Source: a virus
Lineage: Duplodnaviria > Caudoviricetes
Virus record (IMG/VR): IMGVR_UViG_3300034095_000182
Location: 1-55,173 of that record
Direction: 5' to 3' (one strand)
Length of the DNA: 55,173 nucleotides
Under the pieces are notes generated by a model that saw only the letters and a program-made list of their open reading frames with translations, did not search any database and was not told where the DNA came from. Positions 1 through 12,668 of this stretch are shown here, piece by piece; position 1 is the first letter of the stretch; the number at the start of each line of letters is the position of its first letter. A program made the position numbers and the translations under genes.

Positions 1-3
1 GGT

Positions 4-522
4 TTGACCAACACGACCTTTGCGTTTACTGCGTTGGTCAAACCTGTCGTCTCTGGAACCTACACGCTGACAACCAGCGAAGCGCAGAATGTGATCCAAG
101 AATATGTTGGATCGCTCACGGGTAATGTGGAGGTTGTGTTCCCGCAGGTTGTGACCTTGTATGTGATCTCTAATCAGACCACCGACAACGGCTATACGCT
201 CACAATCAAGACCAGCGCTTCAGGCGCATCATCCACAACGATTCCACCGGGCCAGCAAGCAACGCTGGTGTGCGACGGCGTCAACTTCTTCAACGCCAAC
301 ACTGTGCAGGCTGGTGCAACCTCGTTGAACCTGATCAACGGCACGGTCGGAACTCCTGCGATTAACTTTGCCGCTGAGACCAGTTCGGGTATGTATCGCC
401 CCGGTGTTGGTCAAGTGGCGTTTGCAATTTTGGGAAGCCAGATCATGAACATTCTGTCGACTGGCATATCTATCACTGGTGAAGGCAAGTTCAGTGGTGG
501 CGTTAAGGGCGGGACATTCTGA
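4..522 (+). CDS. Virion/tail structural protein, 3' part of the gene starting at 54324
   Basis: In frame with 54324..55173 across the overlap; ends in GGTF like tail fibre 44277..47186; stop overlaps the next ATG (TGATG). Confidence 0.8.
   Translation: MTNTTFAFTALVKPVVSGTYTLTTSEAQNVIQEYVGSLTGNVEVVFPQVVTLYVISNQTTDNGYTLTIKTSASGASSTTIPPGQQATLVCDGVNFFNANTVQAGATSLNLINGTVGTPAINFAAETSSGMYRPGVGQVAFAILGSQIMNILSTGISITGEGKFSGGVKGGTF
8..133. repeat. 126-bp direct terminal repeat, left copy (circular assembly overlap)
   Basis: Identical to 55048..55173; bases 1-7 (GGTTTGA) differ from 55041-55047 (TACGGCG). Confidence 0.95.
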
Positions 523-2513
523 TGACACAAAAAGTCTTCGCTCTCGACACCAAGCCGGGCATCCAGCGCGACGGTACGATCTTCGACAAGGAGTTCTATA
601 ACGATGGTCGATGGGTTCGTTTCCAGCGTGGCCGTCCTCGCAAAATTGCCGGGTATCGCGAGATCGTCAACGACATGGCAGGCCCATCTCGTGGCATCTA
701 TGTAATCCCAGAGAATAACTTTAACAATGTCTACAACGGCTATTCTGATGGCCTGCAACTGATCCCAATCAACAATGTGGGCATCGGCTCTGGCGTCACT
801 GATATGACGCTGTCGGACTTCACGCCCAACCAATACAACCTCTGGCAGTTTGATTCGCTCTTCGACTCTTCTGGCGGTGGTGATGAGTTGCTTGTTGTTC
901 ATCCCGGCCAGAACTTGTTGTTGATTGATAGTTCCGTCAACACCCCTGTACTTGCAGGCTCGACCTCTGGTACATCCTTTGCGGCGATTGGCGTGTTCAC
1001 TGTGGCCGCAACGCTGAACTCGACCACGACGGTAACTGTTGCAAACACCAGCCTGCTTGGCGCGGGTCAATCTATATCTGGAACTGGTATCCCTTCAGGC
1101 ACAACGATTGTGTCGGTGACCAACACTACGACCTTTGAAATCAGCGCCGCCGCAACAATCACTGGTGCCTCGACGCTGACCATTGACAACAATGTTGATG
1201 TCTCTGGTGGTGTGGTGGTCTTGCACCCCTATGTCTTTGTGTACGGCAACAACGGCTTGATCCGCAATTGCGCGGCAGGTAATCCAAACGACTGGGTCTC
1301 TGCTGACGCCAACGAGACCAATGTGGCCTCAACCAAGATCGTCAAGGGCTTGCCTGTGCGAGGCGGCTCGAATGCTCCGTCTGGCCTCTTCTGGTCTTTG
1401 GACTCACTGATCCGTGTTTCGTACAACCCGACCACCATCACCGTGGGCGGCACGCCTCAGACTTTCTACTGGCGCTACGACATCATCTCGTCTCAGTCTT
1501 CAATTCTGTCAAGCCAGTCTGTGATTGAGTATGACGGTATCTACTACTGGGCTGGTGTTGACCGCTTCCTGCTCTACAACGGTGTTGTGAAAGAGATTCC
1601 AAACACCTTCAATCAGAACTACTTCTTTGACAATCTGAACTACGATCAGCGTCAGAAGGTCTTTGCAACCAAGGTTCCTCGCTTCGGCGAAATCTGGTGG
1701 TTCTTCCCGTCCGGCAACTCGACCGAATGCAATGACTGCGTGATCTACAACATCCGCGAGAACTGCTGGTATGACCTCGGTGAAGCATTGGGCGCTCGTC
1801 GCTCGGCTGGATTCTTCTCTCAAGTGTTTCACTATCCCATCAATGCTGGATGGGAGACCAATAGTGTTGGCGGCGTGAATGCGTTTACTCTGACCTCTGG
1901 CGGTACTTTGTACACCGACGGCACCTACCTTGCGCAACCTTTAACAGGCGGCACGGGTACTGGCGCAACCGCTGACATTGTTGTTGCTGGCGGCATCGTT
2001 ACCTCTGTGACTATCGTTAACCGTGGTCAGAACTACACCGTGAGCGACATCTTGTCTGCGGCCATCCCTGCTGGTTCTGGCTTGCAGATCACTGTCAACA
2101 CATTGATGAACTTCACCAGTCTGTGGCAACACGAAATTGGCACTGACGCCGTGCAAGGCGCAACATCAAACGCCATTGAGTCTTACTTCGAGACCAATGA
2201 CCTTGGCTGGGTCTCTGGTGGCCCATCGCAACCTTCTCCCGTTGGCGAGAACCGCTGGCTTCGCATTGAGCGCGTTGAGCCTGACTTCTTGCAAACAGGG
2301 AACATGGAGTTGTACATCACAGGCCGTCCGTTTGCTCAGTCAACTGACGAGACATCCACGGCTTATGTGTTTGCGCCCAACACCAACAAGATTGACATGA
2401 AAGAACAGCGTCGCGAACTTCGTGTGAAGTTTGTCAGCAATGTGGCTGGCGGCGACTACCAACTCGGCAAGGTCTTGCTAAATGCGACCATCGGAGATGT
2501 CCGTGGCTACTAA
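522..2513 (+). CDS. Tail nozzle/stabilisation protein (P22 gp10 / T7 tail tubular B-like)
   Basis: 663 aa, beta-rich, with WVRFQRGRPRKI near the N-terminus and EIWWFFPS...VIYN...WY blade-like motifs; position between adaptor genes and ejection-like genes. Confidence 0.65.
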   Translation: MTQKVFALDTKPGIQRDGTIFDKEFYNDGRWVRFQRGRPRKIAGYREIVNDMAGPSRGIYVIPENNFNNVYNGYSDGLQLIPINNVGIGSGVTDMTLSDFTPNQYNLWQFDSLFDSSGGGDELLVVHPGQNLLLIDSSVNTPVLAGSTSGTSFAAIGVFTVAATLNSTTTVTVANTSLLGAGQSISGTGIPSGTTIVSVTNTTTFEISAAATITGASTLTIDNNVDVSGGVVVLHPYVFVYGNNGLIRNCAAGNPNDWVSADANETNVASTKIVKGLPVRGGSNAPSGLFWSLDSLIRVSYNPTTITVGGTPQTFYWRYDIISSQSSILSSQSVIEYDGIYYWAGVDRFLLYNGVVKEIPNTFNQNYFFDNLNYDQRQKVFATKVPRFGEIWWFFPSGNSTECNDCVIYNIRENCWYDLGEALGARRSAGFFSQVFHYPINAGWETNSVGGVNAFTLTSGGTLYTDGTYLAQPLTGGTGTGATADIVVAGGIVTSVTIVNRGQNYTVSDILSAAIPAGSGLQITVNTLMNFTSLWQHEIGTDAVQGATSNAIESYFETNDLGWVSGGPSQPSPVGENRWLRIERVEPDFLQTGNMELYITGRPFAQSTDETSTAYVFAPNTNKIDMKEQRRELRVKFVSNVAGGDYQLGKVLLNATIGDVRGY

Positions 2514-2748
2514 TCAGTCGCTTCTCTATGACCCCCGATACCAGACATTTGAGGATTGGGCATCCCTCATGTGTGAGCAGTACGCGGCTCAACAACTCTC
2601 TATTCCAACATCCGGCACAGACTGGAAGGTATGGGGGGCTGGGCTGTTGGCGATTGATGTCTTTACAAACGAAGCGGCTCCCGATCCTTACCTGTTCGAT
2701 AACTGGCAAGACTGGGCGGCGGCTCTTTTAGCGGCGATGAATCCATGA
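2503..2748 (+). CDS. Small Trp-rich hypothetical (probable virion) protein
   Basis: GTG at 2503 with GGAG at 2493; overlaps both neighbours. Confidence 0.7.
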   Translation: MATNQSLLYDPRYQTFEDWASLMCEQYAAQQLSIPTSGTDWKVWGAGLLAIDVFTNEAAPDPYLFDNWQDWAAALLAAMNP

Positions 2749-3032
2749 CAAACTTTATTGAACTGTTCAACATGGTGTCGCAGGTTGCGCGTCCGGCTCA
2801 CGCTAAGGAAGCACCTGCAACATCCATGGAAGACAAGTTGGCAGATATAGGTATCGACAGCCTTGATGGCTTGATCATGACAATGTACTTCTGTGAACTC
2901 TACGGAATTCCAGAAGACGACGAAACCAAAGACTGGCACCCGACCTCCGTTCAGGAGGTCTTCGACTATCTGATAAGGCGTAAAACGCAAGAGCCGGAAT
3001 CACTCGAAGCGGCCCGGGAGGCAATCAAGTGA
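2745..3032 (+). CDS. Acyl carrier protein
   Basis: DIGIDSLDGLIMTMYFCELYGIPEDD...TSVQEVFDYL aligns by eye with E. coli AcpP [21 protein letters not shown]...TTVQAAIDYI; phosphopantetheine Ser39; acidic, 95 aa. Confidence 0.9.
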   Translation: MTNFIELFNMVSQVARPAHAKEAPATSMEDKLADIGIDSLDGLIMTMYFCELYGIPEDDETKDWHPTSVQEVFDYLIRRKTQEPESLEAAREAIK

Positions 3033-4144
3033 TCTACCTCACCCACTACCGTACAGCGGCCACATCGAATGTGGAACTCTTCGAGGACATCGTGTTCCCC
3101 CAGCGGGTTCACTGGTTCCCCGAGACCTACAACCGCACGCAGACCGGGATGTTTTATGTCCCGCACAAACTGGCCGAGAAGGTGCTTGACGCCGACCTCA
3201 TCAAATATCTGCGTGAGAACCAAGTCGGCAAGACGGCGTTCATCCTCGCTGGTGGCAACGCTCACTTTGCCGGGATCGGTCAGAGGGCATACAACAGCCG
3301 CCTGACCTACACCTACAAGTTCCTGCCCTTCACGCTGACTCAGGTTTACGCTGGTCGTACCGCTCAGTCTTTTGGCGACATGGACTTGGTGACCACCGAT
3401 GCGTCTGCCTGCGCCAGCAGTCTGAAAGTCATGATGGATGTCGAGGTGTTGATGAAGCACTACGGCTTTGAGCGTGTGATTGTCCTGACGGTTGAAGACG
3501 GTGTGTCAAACGCTGTTCTTGAGTTCTTTGGCGAGTCCCGTGCTGTTTTGACGGCCAAGGAAGAGAACGAGACCGGGGTTAAGCCTTCGGCATTCGACAG
3601 CAAGAATCGCGGCTTCTATGTCGGTCAGGGCGCCGCCTTGGCGATCTTTGAAAGCGAGTGGGCTGTCAACAAACTGAACCGTGACCCTCTGGCTCGTCTT
3701 GTAGGGGCCTACAGCGCCTCTGAGGCATCTACCAATGCCATCGGTCAATGTGAGGACGGTCAGGGCTTTACGAAGGCTATAGAGGGCACCTTGCGCTACA
3801 GCGGAGCATTGCGTCAGGACATCAAGATTGTCAAAGCGCACGGCACCGGAACCGAGTCAAACAACAAAGCAGAGAAGGCCGCAATCATGAGCGCGGGCCT
3901 TACAGATTTTGTCGTGACCTCTTACAAACAAAAAATAGGTCACACAATGGGTTCCTCTGGACTGCTGGAATCATTATTATTGCTGGAGGACATGAAAAAG
4001 GGATTCGTTCCTCCAATCGAAAATCGAACCGAATCCGATTCGGTTTTCTTGTCGGAACCGACAAAGCCCCCCAAAGGGTTGGTGCTGAGTCTGGCGGCTG
4101 GGATGGGCAACATCTACAGCGCCGCAATATTTGAGGGGCTATGA
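3029..4144 (+). CDS. Beta-ketoacyl-ACP synthase (FabB/FabF-like thiolase fold), divergent
   Basis: SACASS (Cys128), KAHGTGT (His271), SYKQKIGHTMG (Lys300/His305) and AFDSKNRGFYVGQGAA (cf. PFD..RDGFV.GEGAG) give the Cys-His-His triad of elongating KAS enzymes. Confidence 0.93.
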   Translation: MIYLTHYRTAATSNVELFEDIVFPQRVHWFPETYNRTQTGMFYVPHKLAEKVLDADLIKYLRENQVGKTAFILAGGNAHFAGIGQRAYNSRLTYTYKFLPFTLTQVYAGRTAQSFGDMDLVTTDASACASSLKVMMDVEVLMKHYGFERVIVLTVEDGVSNAVLEFFGESRAVLTAKEENETGVKPSAFDSKNRGFYVGQGAALAIFESEWAVNKLNRDPLARLVGAYSASEASTNAIGQCEDGQGFTKAIEGTLRYSGALRQDIKIVKAHGTGTESNNKAEKAAIMSAGLTDFVVTSYKQKIGHTMGSSGLLESLLLLEDMKKGFVPPIENRTESDSVFLSEPTKPPKGLVLSLAAGMGNIYSAAIFEGL

Positions 4145-4145
4145 G

Positions 4146-4589
4146 ATGCTGGTAAATAGTAAAGAAAAACAACTTGGTGAGCAGGCGATCCTGATGATTG
4201 CCGCTGAAGAGACCAAGTCAAAATATTCCGCCGCGCAGGTGTACGCCGCGCTGGTTGCCGAGATGAATCTGCGTGGCACGACCACCTATCGCGCTGGCAA
4301 CACTATTTTCATGATGCATCACGCCAAGGGCCGTGTGGGGACTTTCCGCGCCCTCAATGCTGACACCGCACGCAACTATCTGGAGAACTCCTACGAGTTC
4401 ATTCAAGCCGCATACAAGATGGGTTTTGACACTCTGGTGACCGAGTTTGAAGACCCGACCATCATCAACATTTTCAAGGCCATCTCCCGCAACCCTCCCC
4501 GGGATCAAATGGGCTACAAGGCCGAGAGAACCAATAAGGGCTTCCGCGTTACTGTGAAACTCGGCCCGAAGCGGGAGGATAAAGAATGA
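4146..4589 (+). CDS. Hypothetical protein, possible GNAT-like acyltransferase
   Basis: ATG 4146 with GAGGGG RBS; 147-aa alpha/beta pattern; occupies the slot just before the ejection-like genes. The fold call is inference only. Confidence 0.45.
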   Translation: MLVNSKEKQLGEQAILMIAAEETKSKYSAAQVYAALVAEMNLRGTTTYRAGNTIFMMHHAKGRVGTFRALNADTARNYLENSYEFIQAAYKMGFDTLVTEFEDPTIINIFKAISRNPPRDQMGYKAERTNKGFRVTVKLGPKREDKE

Positions 4590-6457
4590 GTGCAGTCGTA
4601 AGTTTTGTTGCGGATGTTGTTGAGACCGTTGTCGACGCAGTCGGTGATGTCGTTGAGACTGTTGCTGATGTCGTTGAAGACGCCGTTGAGTTCGTCGGCG
4701 ACACCGTTCAGGCCATCGTTGAAGACCCGCTTCCAACGCTGTTGTCTATTGCTGGCTCGTTTGTAGGCATTCCCCCGCCCGTGACCATGGCCGCTGTGAC
4801 TGCGGCTCGTGGCGGTGACCTTGAAGACATCGTGCTGTCTGCTGGTGTTTCGTACTTTGCGCCACAAGCAAGTAATGTTCTGTCGTCCACATTGTCGTCA
4901 ACCATTGGCGGTTCAATCATCAATCAAACCGTGTCCGACATCGTCGTTGATGGCGTGAGCAAGGGCCTTGTAAGCGGCACCATTGCAGAGATTCGCGGCG
5001 GAGATTTTGAGGATGGCTTTGCTGGTGGCTTTACTGGCTCTATTGTGAACTCCTCTGTTGGTGAGTTCACCAATGAATTTATTGCGCCCGGCGTGCAAGA
5101 TATGCTGTCCGATTCTGGTTTGGATACCAGCACCATTAACACTATTGTGAAGACGGGCACGCAGGCTGTGTCTTCTGGATTGACTGCTGAGTTGACTGGC
5201 CGTGGCGACTTTGATGATGCATTCATCAACAGCGTGCAGAACTCTACGATTAACCTTGGCACGAACTACGCCGTCAACACGATTGGTGAGCAGTTCCGTT
5301 CTGTTGAGCAAGGTCTCAGCACCGTTCAAAAAGAAGAAGACAAAGAAAGTGATCTGCTGAATTTTGACGATTACTTTGCGCTCGATACAACTCGCGACTC
5401 TGACGCTACTGGCGCTGGCATCTCTGATGATATTGTTGATCAAGTTGAAGTTGCCGATCTTGGCGACAACACCGGAAATGTCACCAGCACTCTGGCAAAC
5501 ACAGACCTGTCGACATCGTTTGATACGCAACTAGATACGGAGTTGGCCTCATACGGCACAGACACTGGGTCAAGCCTTGGATCAACTTCCAATGTCGACA
5601 CATTGATGGCCGACACTGACGCAAGCGAGATCATTGATGAGTTTGGCGGCGAGGACACCGATGGCGACGGCGCAACCGTTACCGTTGAAGGATTGCCGTC
5701 TGATCTTGAAGACATCTACGAACAGTATGCGTTTGACACTACTGAGGATGATGAGGCAGTTGATACTGCGGATACCACTCCAAGGATTGAACTGGCTGAC
5801 GCAACCGCAGGACAAGACACATCTGGCGGCTTAAATGTTGTAAAGAAGGCTGTCGAGACGCCAGCCAACTTGACGGAAGAGGACATTGTGTTCTCTGGCG
5901 GCAAAGCAGACATCGATGCAGAAGATAGTCTTGTTGACACATCGCAAGTTGCAAGCGCCAAGAAGACAACCGCTGTTGATCCTTATGCTGGTCTGGATGA
6001 GAACATCACCAACCTTGCTGAAGACAGCACTGTTGACATCGCTGGTCGCTCAGGCCCAACCATCATTGATGGCGGCTTGAATGTTCTAAATGACATTGCG
6101 GGCCGTACTGGTCTGGTTGATAGCGGCGGCGGCATCTCTACCGACAAGTTAGTCACTGGTGCATTGAATCAGTTCTTGCGCCCAGCAATTAAGTCTGGCC
6201 TGACCAAAGTAATCAAGGGCAAGCCAACAAAGACTCTTGTCAAGAGGCCAGTGCAGAAGAAAGCGCCGCTTACTGCATTGCAGGCTCAACAAGCGCGTGG
6301 GGCAACTAAACAGCCGCCGAAAACGATTGACATGACCAAGGTTGCAAGCAGACCCGTCACCAAGGTTGCGCCACCTAAGAAGGTCGATGTCAAGACGCTG
6401 ACGCCGATCACCAATGTGGCAAGTCTTTCTTCGATTCTGTCTGGCGGCAAAGGATAA
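4586..6457 (+). CDS. Putative internal virion/ejection protein
   Basis: 623 aa: amphipathic V/D repeat N-terminus, Gly/Ala-rich hydrophobic segment, acidic low-complexity middle, basic C-terminus. Confidence 0.6.
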   Translation: MSAVVSFVADVVETVVDAVGDVVETVADVVEDAVEFVGDTVQAIVEDPLPTLLSIAGSFVGIPPPVTMAAVTAARGGDLEDIVLSAGVSYFAPQASNVLSSTLSSTIGGSIINQTVSDIVVDGVSKGLVSGTIAEIRGGDFEDGFAGGFTGSIVNSSVGEFTNEFIAPGVQDMLSDSGLDTSTINTIVKTGTQAVSSGLTAELTGRGDFDDAFINSVQNSTINLGTNYAVNTIGEQFRSVEQGLSTVQKEEDKESDLLNFDDYFALDTTRDSDATGAGISDDIVDQVEVADLGDNTGNVTSTLANTDLSTSFDTQLDTELASYGTDTGSSLGSTSNVDTLMADTDASEIIDEFGGEDTDGDGATVTVEGLPSDLEDIYEQYAFDTTEDDEAVDTADTTPRIELADATAGQDTSGGLNVVKKAVETPANLTEEDIVFSGGKADIDAEDSLVDTSQVASAKKTTAVDPYAGLDENITNLAEDSTVDIAGRSGPTIIDGGLNVLNDIAGRTGLVDSGGGISTDKLVTGALNQFLRPAIKSGLTKVIKGKPTKTLVKRPVQKKAPLTALQAQQARGATKQPPKTIDMTKVASRPVTKVAPPKKVDVKTLTPITNVASLSSILSGGKG

Positions 6458-9745
<3,288 letters not shown>

Positions 9746-9746
9746 G

Positions 9747-10760
9747 ATGGCCGGACTTTTTCAAGGTGATCCGTTACCAGCACTAACCAAAACCACGGAA
9801 CAACAACAGGTTGCTCCGGAGTTTTATACCAATTATCTTCAGGACATTGCGAACCTAGGTCAGAACGCTGTCACGCAAGGCGGTGTTGCTGGCTTCTCGC
9901 CGTTGCAACAGCAGGCCCTACAGATGGCGCCGAATGTGGCGTTCTCTGGTGCGGGTTCGTTGGGCGCGGCGTCTCAATTGCTTGGTGAGGCTGGCGCCAC
10001 TACGATGCCTGATGTGGTGGCCGACTACATGAACCCATACACCCAAGCGGTGGTGGGCGAGATGGGTCGTCTGCAACAGCGCAACATTCGCGAGAATGTG
10101 TTGCCCAACCTTGCTGGCGCCGCTGTCGGCACTGGTCAGTTTGGATCGCGCCGTCAGGCTCAGGTTACCGGGCAGGCTTTGCGTGACCTCCAGTCTGACT
10201 TGATTGGCAAGCAGATGGGCGCTCTACAGCAGGGCTACACCGAAGCGGGTAAGTTTGCTCAGACTGATCTTGAGCGTGCGCTCAATGCTGGTCGCTCGTT
10301 TACTTCGCTGGGCCAAGAGCAACAGCAACTTGGCGTTGGTGGTCTCAAGACTCTGTTTGACTACGGCGGTCAAGAGCAGGCCCTCGGCCAGAAGATGCTC
10401 GATTACCCGATGGCTCAGACACAAGCCTTTGCAAAACTCTTGCAGGGCTATCAGGTGCCCACTGGTACTGTTCAGCAGACCACTGGCTCCGAAGGCTACA
10501 GCAACGCACCGCTGGCGCAGATTGCTGGCTTGTTGCAAGGTTTGGGTGCATTCTTGCGCTCAGAACCCGGCAAGGCTCATGGCGGCGTAATGCGCAAAGC
10601 AAAGGGTGGCGCACTGCGCAAACAACCCATGGCGGCGACAATGGCAGGCAAAGGTCGTCGGATGAAGATGGGTGGTTATGCAGAAGGTGGCGCTACGCCA
10701 ATTGCCTACACCGATGGCGAAGGCAACATTTATGACACCGATGGAAACCTAGTGGGGTAA
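9747..10760 (+). CDS. Putative ejection/pilot protein
   Basis: 337 aa, Gln/Ala/Gly-rich helical, YMNPY and GQFGSRRQ motifs, amphipathic LAQIAGLLQGLGAF segment. Confidence 0.6.
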   Translation: MAGLFQGDPLPALTKTTEQQQVAPEFYTNYLQDIANLGQNAVTQGGVAGFSPLQQQALQMAPNVAFSGAGSLGAASQLLGEAGATTMPDVVADYMNPYTQAVVGEMGRLQQRNIRENVLPNLAGAAVGTGQFGSRRQAQVTGQALRDLQSDLIGKQMGALQQGYTEAGKFAQTDLERALNAGRSFTSLGQEQQQLGVGGLKTLFDYGGQEQALGQKMLDYPMAQTQAFAKLLQGYQVPTGTVQQTTGSEGYSNAPLAQIAGLLQGLGAFLRSEPGKAHGGVMRKAKGGALRKQPMAATMAGKGRRMKMGGYAEGGATPIAYTDGEGNIYDTDGNLVG

Positions 10761-10763
10761 GAC

Positions 10764-12668
10764 ATGGCAATACAACAACAACCGCCAACCGGAGGTCTTA
10801 ACCAAGTCGCTCGTCCTGCGGCGCCTCCTGCGGCACCTCCTCAGCAACCTCCTAAGCAGGAGAACCTCGCCGCTCGTGCCGCTGGCATGGAGCAAGAAGG
10901 TGACGAGTCTCCGCAGGATTACTTCACCAAGACTCTTGCAGAGCGTCGCGCACAGTCTGAAGCCCTGATGGCTCAGATTGAAAAACTGAAGTCGTCTTTG
11001 GACAGCCGCAAGGGGTTGCCGTTTGACCCGGTCATGATGGCTGGTGCCGCTGGCTTCTTAAAGCCAACCAAAACCGGATCGTTCGGCGAATCGCTTGGTT
11101 ATGCCGCTGAAGGTATGTCGAGCGAAGCAGAAAAAGAATTTGCTCGTCGTCAGGCCATGCAGAAACTCGAACTTGAGTTGGCCGAAAAAGGATTGTCTGC
11201 AACGACCAAGAATCTGGAAATGGAAGACCTGTTGCGCTTGTCTGGCATGGGTGGCAAAGCAATGCCTGCACCGAGAGTTGGCCCCGCTGGCGCTCCTGCG
11301 GCTGGTGGTGCCCCTGCCGCGCCCGCTGGCGGCGCTCCTGCCGGAGGCCCCGCACCTGCACCCGCTCCCGGCTCTGTCGGTCAGACTGGCGCACCGAATC
11401 AATTGCGTCTTATCACCGACTCGGACATCACTCGCGCTTATGCCATCTCCAAAGAGCATGGCGACAAGATCGCGAATATCGCAAAGATGCAACGCGAGGA
11501 CATCATCTCTACGCCGGATGGCCCGTTCTCTCGTTCACAGCAAAAGTATCTCGAAGTCGAACCGCATCAAACCAAAATCATCGAGCGCGACTTCGGTCGC
11601 TTCATCGGCCCGAAGAAGGTGCCAGAGCGTCTGTCCCGCGAGTACGACAAAATTCGTGCAGAGGCAGTCGAGAAGAACGATCCAGACATCGAGTTTAACT
11701 GGTTCAAGCGTCAAGGCTGGCTCGAAGGCCCAATCAAGCCCACGAAAGAAGAGATTGCCGCAGGCAAGGCCCCGGTACAAACCAAGCCCGGCGACGAGCC
11801 GCTCTCAGAGTCCGAGCGCAAGATTCGTGATGAGTTGCGCAAGAAGCGTGGCGAGACAGAAATTGAGGAAGAGAAGACTCAGATCAGCACCGTCCGCCAG
11901 AACATGGAGAAGGCTCGTGGCCTGACCAATATCGCCAAGGACATGACGACTTATGCGTCGTCCAATCCTCGTGCGTTCCAGTTGTTGCAGGACACCACCA
12001 TCAAGGACGCCATCTTCCGTGCGGCTGAGAAAGGTATCACCACACCGGGCGGAACAATTGCGTTCCCTGCTCGTGAGTTGGAGACCTACAAACTCAGCCC
12101 GCAGGATCGTGAAGCGCTCCAGATGTTCATGCAGAAGTATGCTGAGTTGACGGTCAACTTCCGTAAGGTGGCTCGTGCCCCGGGCGAAGGCGCAACGACC
12201 GAGAGCGAAGGTTTGCTGTTCTCGCAGTTGGGCGCATTGCCGTCCGACACTGCGCGAGTCATCATTCTCAAGTCGCACGCACTCGAACTCAAAGCCGAGT
12301 ACGACAAGCAACTGTTCCGCGCATGGACAAAATTCAAGGGCGCAAACAAAGACGCATCCTACGGCGAATTCCTTGCTTCCGATGTCAAGGATACGCTCGA
12401 CAATCAGTACGACGCGACCTTGCAGAAAGTTCGTGAGCGCAACGCTGATCTGTTTGGTGGCAAAAAACCAGCAGAGACTAAACCAGCCGCACCTGCGGCC
12501 CCTGCGGCTCCAGCCAATCGTCCGCCTGCGGCGTCTGCTCCTGCGGCGCCTGCCGCTGGCCCAGTGCGTATCAGAAGCAAGGCGGATGAGGCGTTCAAGA
12601 AACTACCTGTTGGCGGCGTCTACATCGATGTCGACGGTACAGTGAAAAGAAAGAGGGATGGTGAATAA
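10764..12668 (+). CDS. Putative ejection protein
   Basis: 634 aa of helical/coiled segments with Pro-Ala linkers; in the ejection gene cluster. Confidence 0.55.
   Translation: MAIQQQPPTGGLNQVARPAAPPAAPPQQPPKQENLAARAAGMEQEGDESPQDYFTKTLAERRAQSEALMAQIEKLKSSLDSRKGLPFDPVMMAGAAGFLKPTKTGSFGESLGYAAEGMSSEAEKEFARRQAMQKLELELAEKGLSATTKNLEMEDLLRLSGMGGKAMPAPRVGPAGAPAAGGAPAAPAGGAPAGGPAPAPAPGSVGQTGAPNQLRLITDSDITRAYAISKEHGDKIANIAKMQREDIISTPDGPFSRSQQKYLEVEPHQTKIIERDFGRFIGPKKVPERLSREYDKIRAEAVEKNDPDIEFNWFKRQGWLEGPIKPTKEEIAAGKAPVQTKPGDEPLSESERKIRDELRKKRGETEIEEEKTQISTVRQNMEKARGLTNIAKDMTTYASSNPRAFQLLQDTTIKDAIFRAAEKGITTPGGTIAFPARELETYKLSPQDREALQMFMQKYAELTVNFRKVARAPGEGATTESEGLLFSQLGALPSDTARVIILKSHALELKAEYDKQLFRAWTKFKGANKDASYGEFLASDVKDTLDNQYDATLQKVRERNADLFGGKKPAETKPAAPAAPAAPANRPPAASAPAAPAAGPVRIRSKADEAFKKLPVGGVYIDVDGTVKRKRDGE

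Noticed and set aside
8-133. Terminal repeat as a biological packaging DTR
   Set aside because: It falls in the middle of a coding sequence and its length fits a k-mer assembly overlap.
2745-4144. Complete type II PKS or fatty acid biosynthetic cluster
   Set aside because: No chain-length factor, reductase, dehydratase, cyclase, malonyl transacylase, PPTase or exporter is recognisable.
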